A stretch of DNA of 64,000 nt from Dehalococcoidia bacterium. Its GTDB lineage: Bacteria; Chloroflexota; Dehalococcoidia; Plut-88900. Under the pieces are notes generated by a model, which searched no databases, was not told the origin of the DNA, and saw only the letters and a program-made list of their open reading frames with translations. Location of the stretch: the NCBI GenBank assembly GCA_965249275.1, contig CBDFLQ010000006.1:864001-928000 (forward strand), given 5' to 3'. Position 1 is the first letter of the stretch; every line of letters starts with the position of its first letter. Below, in pieces: positions 18,796-28,841 of the stretch. The position numbers and the translations under genes are program-made.

Positions 18796-20475
18796 CTATG
18801 AAGCTAAAACCGCCAAGTTATCACCACCCTCTTCCCCGTGAGGAAGTCGATCATCCCCCGCTCCCAGCACGAATCCCTCATACCCGTTCTCCGCTACTTC
18901 ATTGCATCGCTTCCGATAGGCGCCCTGTCCGCCCGCGTATGGCATGAATACCCGGGGTTTTCCGGGAATGTTAGCTCCCAGGTACCAGGAGTTAGCATAT
19001 ACAAATAGGGTCTTGTTGGCTTCCTCGTTGACGTGGTCGCACCATTCTTCCTCGGCGCGGGGGTCGGGCTCCGCGGTTTCAATGTCCCGCTCGCGCATCC
19101 AGCCTATGAAATCTCCAACCCAGTCTATGTGCTGCTCAATGCACACCGGCATGTTGCAAAGCACGGATGGGCTCCCGGGGCCCGTGATCATGAACATGTT
19201 GGGGAAGCCAGCCACCTGCAGGCCCAGGTAGGTCTTCGGGCCCTCGGCCCACTTCTCCCTCAGAGTCATCCCATCCCGGCCCCGGATGTCGATTTTCATG
19301 AATGTGCCGGTCATGGCGTCGAACCCCGTAGCGAAGACGATGATGTCGAACTCGTATTCCTCCTCAGCAGTCCGAATCCCCGTTGCCGTGATCTCCTGGA
19401 TAGGCGTCTGGCGCAAGTCTACGAGATGGACGTTCTCACGGTTGTAGGTCTCGAAATAGTTGGTATCCATAAGAGCCCGCTTGGACCCGTAAGGGTGGTC
19501 CAATGGAAGGAGTTTCTGTGCGGTCTCGGGGTCCTTGACCGTCTCCCGAATCTTGGAGCGGATGAACTCGGCGACGGTGTCGTTGGCTTTCTTGTCACTC
19601 AAAGTGTCATCAAAGGATCCATAGATGAAGTGGTTACCGCCTATGTCCCAGAACTTCTCGAATATGCTGTTGCGTTTCTCTTCGGTAAGAGCCAAGGCTG
19701 AGCCGGAGTCGGGAGTCACAGGTGAGCCCCCACTGGTCCATTTTCCCTTATCAATGATGGCGTCGTAATTGGGTTTGACCTCTTCCTCAATGAACTTCCG
19801 GTCTATGCTGGCGTGCCTTGCCGGTACGGTGTACTGGGGCGTCCGCTGGAACACCGTGAGATGACCGGCCTGCTCAGCGATCACGGGTATCGACTGCACG
19901 CCGCTCGACCCCGTACCAATGACCGCAACTCGTTTCCCTGAAAATTCCACGGGGTGGTGAGGCCAATTGCCAGTGTGATACCAGTCCCCTTCAAAGGAGT
20001 CCAGTCCTTTTATCTTGGGGATGTTGCCCGTGGATATGCACCCGATTCCCGTTATCAGATGTCGAGCCGTGACTCGGTCCCCCTGGTCAGTCTCGATCTC
20101 CCACAGGTTGCGGTCCTCAAGGAAAGTGGCCGACGTGACCTTGGTGTTGAACTGGATGTTGCGCCGGAAGTCGAACCGGTCGGCGACGTGGTTGAGGTAG
20201 GTCAGTATTTCGGGCTGCTCGGGGTATCTGCCACTCCAGCTCCATTCCTGGAGAAGCTCTTTGGAAAAGGTGAAGCAGTAGGTATAGCTCTCGGAGTCGC
20301 ATCGGGCGCCGGGATACCGGTTCCAATACCAGGTTCCCCCCACCCCGCTGCCCGCCTCATAGACCTGGACAGACATGCCCATCTCGTCCCTCAGCCGCCT
20401 CAGCATCCCCATCCCGGAGAGCCCCGCCCCGATCACTACAGCATCGAAATCGCCACCGTTTTTCAAGCCTGCCAT
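18796..20475 (-). CDS. Baeyer-Villiger monooxygenase, copy 2
   Basis: Same motifs as copy 1; start at 20475 (MAGLKNGG) by alignment with copy 1 and the shared upstream GGGGGAG. Confidence 0.95.
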   Translation of the reverse strand: MAGLKNGGDFDAVVIGAGLSGMGMLRRLRDEMGMSVQVYEAGSGVGGTWYWNRYPGARCDSESYTYCFTFSKELLQEWSWSGRYPEQPEILTYLNHVADRFDFRRNIQFNTKVTSATFLEDRNLWEIETDQGDRVTARHLITGIGCISTGNIPKIKGLDSFEGDWYHTGNWPHHPVEFSGKRVAVIGTGSSGVQSIPVIAEQAGHLTVFQRTPQYTVPARHASIDRKFIEEEVKPNYDAIIDKGKWTSGGSPVTPDSGSALALTEEKRNSIFEKFWDIGGNHFIYGSFDDTLSDKKANDTVAEFIRSKIRETVKDPETAQKLLPLDHPYGSKRALMDTNYFETYNRENVHLVDLRQTPIQEITATGIRTAEEEYEFDIIVFATGFDAMTGTFMKIDIRGRDGMTLREKWAEGPKTYLGLQVAGFPNMFMITGPGSPSVLCNMPVCIEQHIDWVGDFIGWMRERDIETAEPDPRAEEEWCDHVNEEANKTLFVYANSWYLGANIPGKPRVFMPYAGGQGAYRKRCNEVAENGYEGFVLGAGDDRLPHGEEGGDNLAVLAS

Positions 20476-20576
20476 ATAACTCCCCCTGCAACTCTGCGTC
20501 TTCAACCATCCGAACACGACGTATTGTATCAGCAGTAGATTCAGATCGGGTGGGGGTTGTGTGCTAACATGACTAG

Positions 20577-20783
20577 GTGAATGGCCGCGAATTCGTGAGG
20601 CGCGCTAGGCGTTACGCCAGGAAGAATCGGTTGGATTTTAGTTTTCGCCCGGATCTTGGTAAGGGCAGCCATGCGAAACTCAGGATTGGAAGCCGTAGCA
20701 CAGTAATCAAATATGGTGAGATTGGGCAAAATATTCTGGCGTCTATGCTAAAGCAGTTGAATATTGATCGCCGGGAGTTCTAG
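20577..20783 (+). CDS. hicA: HicA-family toxin, copy 1
   Basis: 68 aa, basic, GKGSH catalytic motif, ends ILASMLKQL; directly upstream of hicB. Confidence 0.85.
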   Translation: MNGREFVRRARRYARKNRLDFSFRPDLGKGSHAKLRIGSRSTVIKYGEIGQNILASMLKQLNIDRREF

Positions 20784-20785
20784 TT

Positions 20786-21265
20786 ATGCGGTACGTTTAC
20801 CCATGCAACATAGCTCCAGATGAAGAGGAGTTGAGAGAGTCAGGGAGAGAGGCTTATGTGGTGACTTTCCCGGATGTGCCGGAAGCCATAACTGGTGGGT
20901 GGTCTTGGGATGAAGCCGTCGAAATGGCTGAAGACTGCATCGGTGTCGCCCTCAGTTTCTATACCGACGAAGACGAGGAAATACCTACCCCCAGCCTCCC
21001 CACCGAGGGCCAAGTCTTTATTCCCGTACCTCCCCTAGTTGCAGCCAAGCTGGCAATTTATAGCGCCATGCGAGAAAAGGGAATCACCAAACAGACCCTG
21101 GGCCAAAAGCTCGGCCTTGAGTATGAAGCCATCCGCAAGCTCTTGAATCCCACATACCGCACCCACTTCACCCAGATCGAAAAGGCCCTCCGAGTTGTAG
21201 GCCGCTCTCTCATAATCGAGGACGCGTCAATAACTGCGCCTATTCCCACCGCGGTCGCGGTCTAA
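20786..21265 (+). CDS. hicB: HicB-family antitoxin with C-terminal HTH, copy 1
   Basis: YVVTFPDVPEAIT.G..DEAVEMAED, IPTPS, AAKLAIYSAMRE...HTH. Confidence 0.88.
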   Translation: MRYVYPCNIAPDEEELRESGREAYVVTFPDVPEAITGGWSWDEAVEMAEDCIGVALSFYTDEDEEIPTPSLPTEGQVFIPVPPLVAAKLAIYSAMREKGITKQTLGQKLGLEYEAIRKLLNPTYRTHFTQIEKALRVVGRSLIIEDASITAPIPTAVAV

Positions 21266-21294
21266 TCTTCTCCTGCTCGTGCTAACATGATCGG

Positions 21295-21501
21295 GTGAAC
21301 GGCCGCGAATTCGTGAGGCGGGCAAGGCGCTACGCCAGGAAGAATCGGTTGGATTTCATTCTTGATACCGAAAGCGGGAAGGGAAGTCACGTGAAGCTCA
21401 CGGTCGGCAATCGTTTCACGCACGTACCAAGTGGGGAAATAGCCCCAGGAACATTGGCCGACATGTTCAGGCAGCTTGGTATCGACCGCAAGGAGTTTTG
21501 A
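21295..21501 (+). CDS. hicA: HicA-family toxin, copy 2
   Basis: First 22 residues identical to copy 1; GKGSH, EIAPGTL. Confidence 0.85.
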   Translation: MNGREFVRRARRYARKNRLDFILDTESGKGSHVKLTVGNRFTHVPSGEIAPGTLADMFRQLGIDRKEF

Positions 21502-21504
21502 TCA

Positions 21505-21984
21505 ATGAGATATGTCTACCCTTGCAATATAAGACGAGACGAAGAGGAGGCAAACCTAACGGGAAGGGAGGCTTACAACGTTACTTTCCCCGATTTGCCG
21601 GAAGCCATCACATGCAGTTGGTCCTGGGATGAAGCCGTTGAAATGGCAGAGGATGTTCTTGGCCTCTGTCTCGCTCACTATTGCGTGCACGAGGGTTACA
21701 TCCCCACCCCCAGCCTCCCCACCGAGGGCCAAGTCCTCATACCCGTACCCCCGTTGGTAGCCGCGAAACTTATTATCAATTCCGCTATGCGAGAAAATGG
21801 GATCACCAAACAGAACCTGGGCAAAAAGCTCGGCCTTGAAGAAGACGCTGTTCGGAAGCTCCTCGACCCCAACTACCGCACCCACTTCACTCAAGTTGAG
21901 AGAGCACTTAGGGCTGTGGGCCGCTCTCTTATCGTCGAGGATGCACCCATAACCGAACCCGCACGCATCCCTGTAGCAGGGTAG
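21505..21984 (+). CDS. hicB: HicB-family antitoxin, copy 2
   Basis: Paralog of copy 1, same length (159 aa). Confidence 0.88.
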   Translation: MRYVYPCNIRRDEEEANLTGREAYNVTFPDLPEAITCSWSWDEAVEMAEDVLGLCLAHYCVHEGYIPTPSLPTEGQVLIPVPPLVAAKLIINSAMRENGITKQNLGKKLGLEEDAVRKLLDPNYRTHFTQVERALRAVGRSLIVEDAPITEPARIPVAG

Positions 21985-21995
21985 CTTATCGAAGC

Positions 21996-22046
21996 AAGAA
22001 AACGGCGGGGGATGCGCAACGTGCATCCCCCGCCGTTCTTTCTTTT
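21996..22046. terminator. Bidirectional intrinsic terminator between hicB2 and mmsA
   Basis: 17-bp stem (22001-22017/22021-22037) flanked by A-rich and T-rich tails, between convergent genes. Confidence 0.8.
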
Positions 22047-22074
22047 ACGATCTGGGTGTCTTGGGGCTAATTCC

Positions 22075-23565
22075 CTAAAACCACCTTGTTATCACTACCT
22101 TCTTCTCGGTGAAGAAATCTACGGCGTCCCGACCCTGCCCATGCAGGTCTCCGAAGAACGACTCCTTCATCCCGCTGAACGGGAAGAAAGCCATCGGTGC
22201 GGCTACTCCCACGTTGATCCCGACGTTCCCTGCCCGCACCCGATGCTTGAAGTCCCTGGCAGCGCGCCCGCTGGAAGTGAAGATACTCGCAGCGTTCCCG
22301 TAGCGGTTCGCCTCGATGATGTCCATCGCCTGCTCAAGGTCGTCAACCTGCACTATCGAGGCCACGGGCCCGAAGATCTCCTCCTGGGCTATCGTCATTC
22401 CCGGGTCTACCTCATCGAAGATGGTTGGCCCAACGAAGGACCCGTCCGGGAATCCCTCCACAGACACGCTGCGCCCGTCCAGTATCAGCTTAGCCCCTTC
22501 CTTCACTCCCTGGTCGATGTATCCGATCACCTTATCCCGGTGCTTTGATGAGATTACCGGCCCCATGTCGGACGACTCATCCAACGGGTTCCCGACCTTA
22601 ATTGCCTTCGCCGCTTCCAGCAGTTTGTCTTTAATCGGCCCATAAGCCTCGCCCACCGTCAGCACGACCGACCCCGCGAGACACCTCTGCCCCGCGCCGC
22701 CGTACAACGATCCGATCATGTTGTCTATCGTCTTGTCCACGTCTGCGTCGGGCATGGCTACCATGAAGTTTTTGGCACCGCCCTGGCACTGAGCCCGCTT
22801 CCCGTTAGTCGTGGCTCGCTGGTAGACGTATTTCGCAATGGCAGTCGAGCCTACAAAGGAAATAGCACGCACGTCGGGGTTGTCCAAGATTGCGTCGACA
22901 GCCTCTTTTGACCCGTTGATCAGATTGATGACCCCATTCGGGAACCCGGCTCGGTCCATCAGCCCGATGCAGTACGACATGCTGAGCGGCACCTGCTCCG
23001 ACGGCTTCAGCACATAGGTGTTGCCGCAGGCGATGGCGTAGGGCATAAACCAGTGCGACACCATGGCCGGGAAGTTAAACGGCACGATGCCCGCGCAAAC
23101 CCCAAGGGGTTGTCTCACGCAATCCTCATCGATGTTGCGCGCTATGTCTTCCAGGTTGTAGCCCATCATCAGGGAGCTGATCCCTGAGGGCACCTCGACG
23201 TTCTGTATCGCACGCCGGACCTCGCCCCGGGCGTCGCCGATCGACTTCCCGTTCTCGTGGCTCACGATGCGCGACAGCTCTTCCCGGTTCTCTTCCAACA
23301 GGTTCTTGTAGTTCCAAAGCCGCTGCACCCGGTCCGGGGGCGGAGTATCTCGCCACGACTTGAACGCCGACTGCGCAGCGGCGACCGCCGCATTCACCTC
23401 GGCCGCCGTGGAAAGCGGGACTTCCGCGATCACTCGGCCGCTGGCCGGCTCCTGGACGTCCAGCCAGTTGTCTGTCGATGAGTCGACCCACTCTCCATTG
23501 ATATAGTTCTGCAACCTCCCGTAGTACTGCTTGACTTCCAGCAAAGTGGACCGGGACTCAGCCAT
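22075..23565 (-). CDS. mmsA: CoA-acylating methylmalonate-semialdehyde dehydrogenase
   Basis: PFNFPAM, KPSEQVP, FVGST, GGAKNF, GQRCLA, EEIFGPV, FFGDLHGQG. Confidence 0.92.
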   Translation of the reverse strand: MAESRSTLLEVKQYYGRLQNYINGEWVDSSTDNWLDVQEPASGRVIAEVPLSTAAEVNAAVAAAQSAFKSWRDTPPPDRVQRLWNYKNLLEENREELSRIVSHENGKSIGDARGEVRRAIQNVEVPSGISSLMMGYNLEDIARNIDEDCVRQPLGVCAGIVPFNFPAMVSHWFMPYAIACGNTYVLKPSEQVPLSMSYCIGLMDRAGFPNGVINLINGSKEAVDAILDNPDVRAISFVGSTAIAKYVYQRATTNGKRAQCQGGAKNFMVAMPDADVDKTIDNMIGSLYGGAGQRCLAGSVVLTVGEAYGPIKDKLLEAAKAIKVGNPLDESSDMGPVISSKHRDKVIGYIDQGVKEGAKLILDGRSVSVEGFPDGSFVGPTIFDEVDPGMTIAQEEIFGPVASIVQVDDLEQAMDIIEANRYGNAASIFTSSGRAARDFKHRVRAGNVGINVGVAAPMAFFPFSGMKESFFGDLHGQGRDAVDFFTEKKVVITRWF

Positions 23566-23684
23566 AATCTTTCCTCCCCGAAGATGAACGAATGCGCCGT
23601 GGGACGCTCGGAATGTTAACGGGGGGTGGGGAGGGGGTCAAGCGACTGCAAACCAGGGGCCGAGCCATAATGTCTCCCCGGCCC

Positions 23685-25121
23685 CTACCCGAACAACCCC
23701 GGGGTCGCCTTCTCTATCAGCCCGGTTATCGACTGCGGGTAAATGCCGATCAGGAAGACCACACCGACTAGCGTGAGCAGCACTCCCCCGGCTATCTTCG
23801 GCATGGTCAAGGATTTCGAGCCCACCGGCGCGGGTTTGATGTACATCTGCCTGATTACCATCAAGTAGTAGTAAACCGATATCAGGCTGTTCGCCACGGC
23901 GATGGCTACCAGCCACAACAACCCCTCCTTCGCCGCCGCCGCGAATATGTAGAACTTGATGGTAAAACCCGCGAAGAAAGGCAACCCGGCCAGCGAGAAC
24001 AGACTTACGGTCAAGGCCAGGGCGAGCACCGGCGACCGCTTGGCCAACCCCGCGTACTCCTCGATCTTCTCACTGCCTGTCAGGTTGAAGTAGATGATCA
24101 CGCAACTGAAGGCTGCGAAGGTCGTGGCTGCATACCCGACCAGGTACAGCACCATCGCCGTCGAAGCCATCTCCGAAAGCGCCGCTATCCCCACCAGCAG
24201 GAAGCCCGCGTGCCCGATGCTCGAATAGGCCAGCAGTCGTTTTATGTTGCTTTGCGAAATCGCTATGACGTTCCCCACGGTCATAGTCAGGGCCGCAATT
24301 ACCGCAACTATCGGCTTCCAATCGTCGATAACCGGCTGGAACCCGACTGCAAACAGGCGCAGCAGCAAAGCGAAGCTCGCCGCCTTGGAAGCGACGGATA
24401 GGTAGGCCGTCACGGGGACCGGGGCCCCTTCATACACGTCGGGCGCCCACATGTGGAAGGGCACAGCCACGACCTTGAACCCGAACCCGGCAATGAGAAG
24501 AGTCAGACCTGCAAGGAACGCCAGTTGCAGCTGTTCTCCCGAACGCAGGACCTCTCCCATCCCCTCGAAGGTGGTCGTGCCCAGGGAGCCGTAGATCAGG
24601 CTCATGCCGTACAGCAGCACCGCGGAGGAGAATGCCCCGATCAGGATGTACTTTACTCCGGCCTCGTTGGAGCGGGCTTCCCGCTTGGCGTAGGCCGCCA
24701 TCACGTAGAGGCAGAAGCTCAGGAGCTCCAGGGAGATGTAGGCCGTCAAAAGCTCGTTGGCCGAGACCATCATCATCATTCCCAGCACCGACAACATGAT
24801 CAGGCTGTAGAATTCCCCCGGGTTCTCCAGGTGCTTCCTCACGAAGTCCCTAGAAGCGAGCACCATCACCGCCCCGACTATCGGCAGGAACACCTTGAAG
24901 AAGATCGCATAGTTGTCGACGACGTAGATGCCCGCGTACAGCTCACCTTCATTACCGAGCAGCGTAAACGCCGACCCCATGACCGCCAACAGTCCCACAA
25001 CGGCGAGGAAGGGTAGTACACCCTTCTTGTTTTCGGGAATGAACAGGTCCACCCCGAATAGTACAAAGGCCAGCCCGACAAGCAGGAACTCGGGGACCAG
25101 GAGTGCGAAGTCGATATTCAT
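23685..25121 (-). CDS. nuoN: NADH-quinone oxidoreductase subunit N
   Basis: EAGVKY, PFHMWAPDVYEGAP, KRLLAYSSIGHAG. Confidence 0.95.
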   Translation of the reverse strand: MNIDFALLVPEFLLVGLAFVLFGVDLFIPENKKGVLPFLAVVGLLAVMGSAFTLLGNEGELYAGIYVVDNYAIFFKVFLPIVGAVMVLASRDFVRKHLENPGEFYSLIMLSVLGMMMMVSANELLTAYISLELLSFCLYVMAAYAKREARSNEAGVKYILIGAFSSAVLLYGMSLIYGSLGTTTFEGMGEVLRSGEQLQLAFLAGLTLLIAGFGFKVVAVPFHMWAPDVYEGAPVPVTAYLSVASKAASFALLLRLFAVGFQPVIDDWKPIVAVIAALTMTVGNVIAISQSNIKRLLAYSSIGHAGFLLVGIAALSEMASTAMVLYLVGYAATTFAAFSCVIIYFNLTGSEKIEEYAGLAKRSPVLALALTVSLFSLAGLPFFAGFTIKFYIFAAAAKEGLLWLVAIAVANSLISVYYYLMVIRQMYIKPAPVGSKSLTMPKIAGGVLLTLVGVVFLIGIYPQSITGLIEKATPGLFG

Positions 25122-26587
25122 GCCGCTGCAATCCTAGCCAGGATAGGGGCGATGCCCACGTCGATCATGCGGGTGAAGGGCTGCGGGTATACCCCGCCGA
25201 AAATCAGCACAGCCACAAGGGCAAGCATTGAAGCTTTCTCCAGATTCGAGGCGTCGGGGAGCTTCTCCCATCGCTCGTCCAGCGGCCCGAAGAAGACCTT
25301 GGCCAGCAGCCTCAGTATGTAAACCGCAGTAATCGCCGCTCCGATGATGCCGAGCACCGCCAAGGCAGGATACGTATTGAACAACCCCACGAAGACCAGG
25401 AACTCGGCGATGAACCCGCTCAGTCCGGGCAGTCCCAGCGACGTCAGTCCCGCCACTGCGAAGAATGCCGCAGTCACCCCCATACGCTTGGAGAGTCCCT
25501 GGAACACCGAGATGTCCCGGGTGTGGGTCCGGTCGTATACCACACCGACCAGTGCGAAGAAGAGGGCCGTCATTATCCCGTGGGAGAACATCTGGTAGAC
25601 CGCTCCGGTCAAGCCCTTCGGGTCCAGGGTGGCGATGCCCATCAGCACGTAGCCCATGTGGCTCACGCTGGAATAGCCGATGATGAACTTCATGTCCTTC
25701 TGCGCCAGCGCCGACATCGCGCCATACACCACATTTACCGTCGCCAGCCCGACCAATACCAGCTGCCAGTCCTCGGCGCCCTGGGGCAGCAAGTCCAGCC
25801 CGACGCGGATTATTCCGAACGCACCCAGCTTCATCAGGACACCGGCGTGAAGCATGCTCACGGACGTCGGAGCTGCAGCGTGGCCGTCCGGGGACCACGT
25901 ATGGAAGGGCCACAGGCCGGCCAACACCCCAAACCCGAACATCAAGAGTGGGAACACCACTCTCTGGAAGGTTGCATCGAAGCCAGCCTGCTCCAGTTCC
26001 AGAAGGTTGAAGGTCCCAATACCAGCATGAACATAGATCGCTATTAGCCCGACCCACACCAGCACGCTGCTCGCTACCAGGTAAAGGACCAGCTTCAGCG
26101 CCCCGTACTCCTTACGCGTGCTTCCCCATACCCCGATAAGCAGGTACATCGGCACGACGGCCAGCTCGTAGAAGAAGAACAGGAAGAAAAGGTCAAGAGA
26201 CAGGAAGACTCCGTACACCCCGCAGACCAGGGCCATGAACAGCGCAAAGAAGTCCTTGGCCCGAGGCGCTGTGTTCCACGCCATGAACACCGCCGTCACC
26301 ATCACTATGCCCGTAAGCAGCACCATCGGCGTGGCGATACCGTCGACGGCCAGGTGGAAGGTCACCCCGAGCCCCGGAAGCCAGTGGTACTTCTCCGTCA
26401 TGAACTGGTAGCCACCCACGTCGTTGTCGTAGGCGACGAAAACGTAGATGGATAGGGCTAGGGTCACGGCAGCTATCGCCGCCATAGACCACTTCATCAG
26501 CTCGCGCTTGTTCTCGGGCAGGAGGACCGCGATCACTCCACCCGCAGCGGGGAGGAAGAGGAGGGCTATGAGTACGTTGCCGTCCAG
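25118..26587 (-). CDS. nuoM: NADH-quinone oxidoreductase subunit M (probable CTG start at 26587)
   Basis: FFFYE, PFHTWSPDGHAAAP, YSSVSHMG, GLPGLSGFIAEF; in-frame extension DGNVLIALLFLPAAGG follows a GGAG RBS. Confidence 0.93.
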   Translation of the reverse strand: MDGNVLIALLFLPAAGGVIAVLLPENKRELMKWSMAAIAAVTLALSIYVFVAYDNDVGGYQFMTEKYHWLPGLGVTFHLAVDGIATPMVLLTGIVMVTAVFMAWNTAPRAKDFFALFMALVCGVYGVFLSLDLFFLFFFYELAVVPMYLLIGVWGSTRKEYGALKLVLYLVASSVLVWVGLIAIYVHAGIGTFNLLELEQAGFDATFQRVVFPLLMFGFGVLAGLWPFHTWSPDGHAAAPTSVSMLHAGVLMKLGAFGIIRVGLDLLPQGAEDWQLVLVGLATVNVVYGAMSALAQKDMKFIIGYSSVSHMGYVLMGIATLDPKGLTGAVYQMFSHGIMTALFFALVGVVYDRTHTRDISVFQGLSKRMGVTAAFFAVAGLTSLGLPGLSGFIAEFLVFVGLFNTYPALAVLGIIGAAITAVYILRLLAKVFFGPLDERWEKLPDASNLEKASMLALVAVLIFGGVYPQPFTRMIDVGIAPILARIAAA

Positions 26588-26597
26588 GTCTGTCTCC

Positions 26598-28499
26598 TCA
26601 GGCCGCCAGAGTGATGGCTACCACGAATATCAGTGTGCCCACCGTGATCCCGAGAACGTAGTTCGAGACCTGTCCCGTCTGGTGCCGACGCAGTATCCGG
26701 CTCATCTTCGCCGTGAACAGTCCTGTCCCATCGACCCCCGCGTCGTTCACCACGTGCCGGTCGAACCATGCCGTTGCACCGCCTATTCCGAGCACTACCC
26801 TATCGATTGTCCACTGGTAAGCGTCGTCCAGGTAGTATTTATTTGCCGCTAACTTGCGCACAGGCGCCAGCCCGCGTTCCACGCCCCCCGGCAAAGACAT
26901 CCCCTGCCGGTAGAGCGCCAACCCCAAGACTATGCCCACCAGGGCAACCACCGAAGAGACCGCTGCCAAAACCACGTGCTCATGGAAGCTGTCGGCCTTG
27001 TCCAGCACAAAGCTCCCGAATCCCGTGGCCTCTCCGGGCAGGCCGAGCACATTGTCCAGCCAGTCGGGAGCGGTGAACCCGAAAACCAAGGTCAGGATGC
27101 CAAGCAAGGCTATTGGGCCGGTCATCACGAACGGGGCTTCGTGCGCGGCCTCGTTCTCGGGTTTTAGCTTGCCGAAGAAGACCAGCCAGCAGAGCCGGGT
27201 CATGTACAGGGCGCTGAGGAAGAACGCTCCAATGGTAATGACAAGGGTAGCGGGGTTTCCGTCCTTCCAGATGCCCTGCAGGATCTCGTCTTTGCTCCAG
27301 AAGCCGCTGAGGGGCGGAATGCCGGACAGGGCCAGGGCGGCGATGACAAATACGACGCTCGTCACCGGCATCCGAGACCTCAGCCCTCCCAACCGACGGA
27401 TGTCCACGTCCGAATGCTCACCGACCGCATGGAGGACGTTTCCAGCGCCCAGGAACAGGAGCGCCTTGAACAGCGCGTGGGTTGCCAGGTGGAACATCGC
27501 CGCGGCCAGGGCGCCATGCCCCAGAGCAAGCATCATGAATCCGATCTGGCTAACCGTCGAGTATGCCAAGACCCGCTTCAGATCCGTCGACGACAGGGCC
27601 ATTGTGGCCCCCATCACCGCCGTTATCAGCCCGATGGCGATGACCAGCTCGCTCACTGCGGGGGCGGCATCGAACAGGGGCAGCATTCTGGCTACCAGAT
27701 AGACCCCTGCCACGACCATCGTAGCGGCGTGAATCAGGGCGCTCACGGGCGTCGGGCCTTCCATGGCGTCGGGGAGCCAGACGTGGAGCGGGAACTGCGC
27801 CGACTTCCCCATAGCGCCGAGGAAGATCAGGATTGCGCTCAGAGTCATGACGCCGCTGCTCAGCTCCCCTGCCTCGACCGCCTCCAGAATGGTCGGGATA
27901 TGGAAAGTGCCCAACTTGTTGTACAGGAGCAGTATCCCCACCAGCAGCCCCACGTCCCCGATGCGCGTCGTGATGAACGCCTTCTTGGCCGCCTCCGCCG
28001 CCGACCTCCGCTCGTACCAGAAACCTATCAGCAGGTATGAGCATATGCCGACCAGCTCCCACCCCACGTACAGCACCAGAAGGTTGTTCGAAAGCACAAT
28101 GCCTAGCATCGATGCCACAAAGAGAGAGTGGACGGCGAAGTACCACGCGAGTCTCGACTCCCCCCGCATGTAGCCAAGGGAATATATCTGCACCAGCAGG
28201 GAGACGAATGTGATAACTCCCATCATCACCATCGCAACGGGGTCGATCGTCATACCAAGGTCGAACACCCCACCCCCCGCCTCAAACCACGTAGCAGAAA
28301 ACTCGCGCGCCGCTCCATTCAGCAGGTCGTTAAGAAGGAACCAGAACAGTACGAACCCGAAGCCTATGGCCCCGATGGCAATGTACGGGCCCTTCCACGG
28401 GAGATACCGCCCGAAAAGGGCCAACGCAGTGAACGCGCCCACGCAGGCCGCGGGAGCCAGCCATGCCCACTGCAGCCCGATTGCTTCGGTTCCGTTCAT
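26598..28499 (-). CDS. nuoL: NADH-quinone oxidoreductase subunit L
   Basis: GKSAQFPLHVWLPDAMEGPTPVSALIHAATMV, GFWSKDEIL. Confidence 0.96.
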   Translation of the reverse strand: MNGTEAIGLQWAWLAPAACVGAFTALALFGRYLPWKGPYIAIGAIGFGFVLFWFLLNDLLNGAAREFSATWFEAGGGVFDLGMTIDPVAMVMMGVITFVSLLVQIYSLGYMRGESRLAWYFAVHSLFVASMLGIVLSNNLLVLYVGWELVGICSYLLIGFWYERRSAAEAAKKAFITTRIGDVGLLVGILLLYNKLGTFHIPTILEAVEAGELSSGVMTLSAILIFLGAMGKSAQFPLHVWLPDAMEGPTPVSALIHAATMVVAGVYLVARMLPLFDAAPAVSELVIAIGLITAVMGATMALSSTDLKRVLAYSTVSQIGFMMLALGHGALAAAMFHLATHALFKALLFLGAGNVLHAVGEHSDVDIRRLGGLRSRMPVTSVVFVIAALALSGIPPLSGFWSKDEILQGIWKDGNPATLVITIGAFFLSALYMTRLCWLVFFGKLKPENEAAHEAPFVMTGPIALLGILTLVFGFTAPDWLDNVLGLPGEATGFGSFVLDKADSFHEHVVLAAVSSVVALVGIVLGLALYRQGMSLPGGVERGLAPVRKLAANKYYLDDAYQWTIDRVVLGIGGATAWFDRHVVNDAGVDGTGLFTAKMSRILRRHQTGQVSNYVLGITVGTLIFVVAITLAA

Positions 28500-28509
28500 G
28501 AAGCCGGGG

Positions 28510-28830
28510 TTACCATTTCATCCGGCTTAGTTCGTCCACGTTCACCGAGGACCGGTTCCTGTACAACCTGAGCACTATGCCCAAGGCCAGCCCGACCTCC
28601 GCGGCAGCTATGGTTATGACAAAGATTGCGAATATGAAGCCCAGGTGTTTTTCAGTCTCACCCCTCGGTACCAGGTACGTCGAAAAGGCAATAAGGTTAA
28701 TGTTCACGGCCTGGAGCATAAGCTCGATGGACATGAGGATCAGTACGGCGTTCCTGCGTACCAGGACCCCGTAAGCGCCCACGGCAAAGAGAGCGGCGGC
28801 CAGAATGAGATAGTATTCGATCTCTATCAA
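28510..28830 (-). CDS. nuoK: NADH-quinone oxidoreductase subunit K
   Basis: LMSIELML, AAAEVGLAL. Confidence 0.95.
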   Translation of the reverse strand: MIEIEYYLILAAALFAVGAYGVLVRRNAVLILMSIELMLQAVNINLIAFSTYLVPRGETEKHLGFIFAIFVITIAAAEVGLALGIVLRLYRNRSSVNVDELSRMKW

Positions 28831-28841
28831 AGGCTAGGCTC

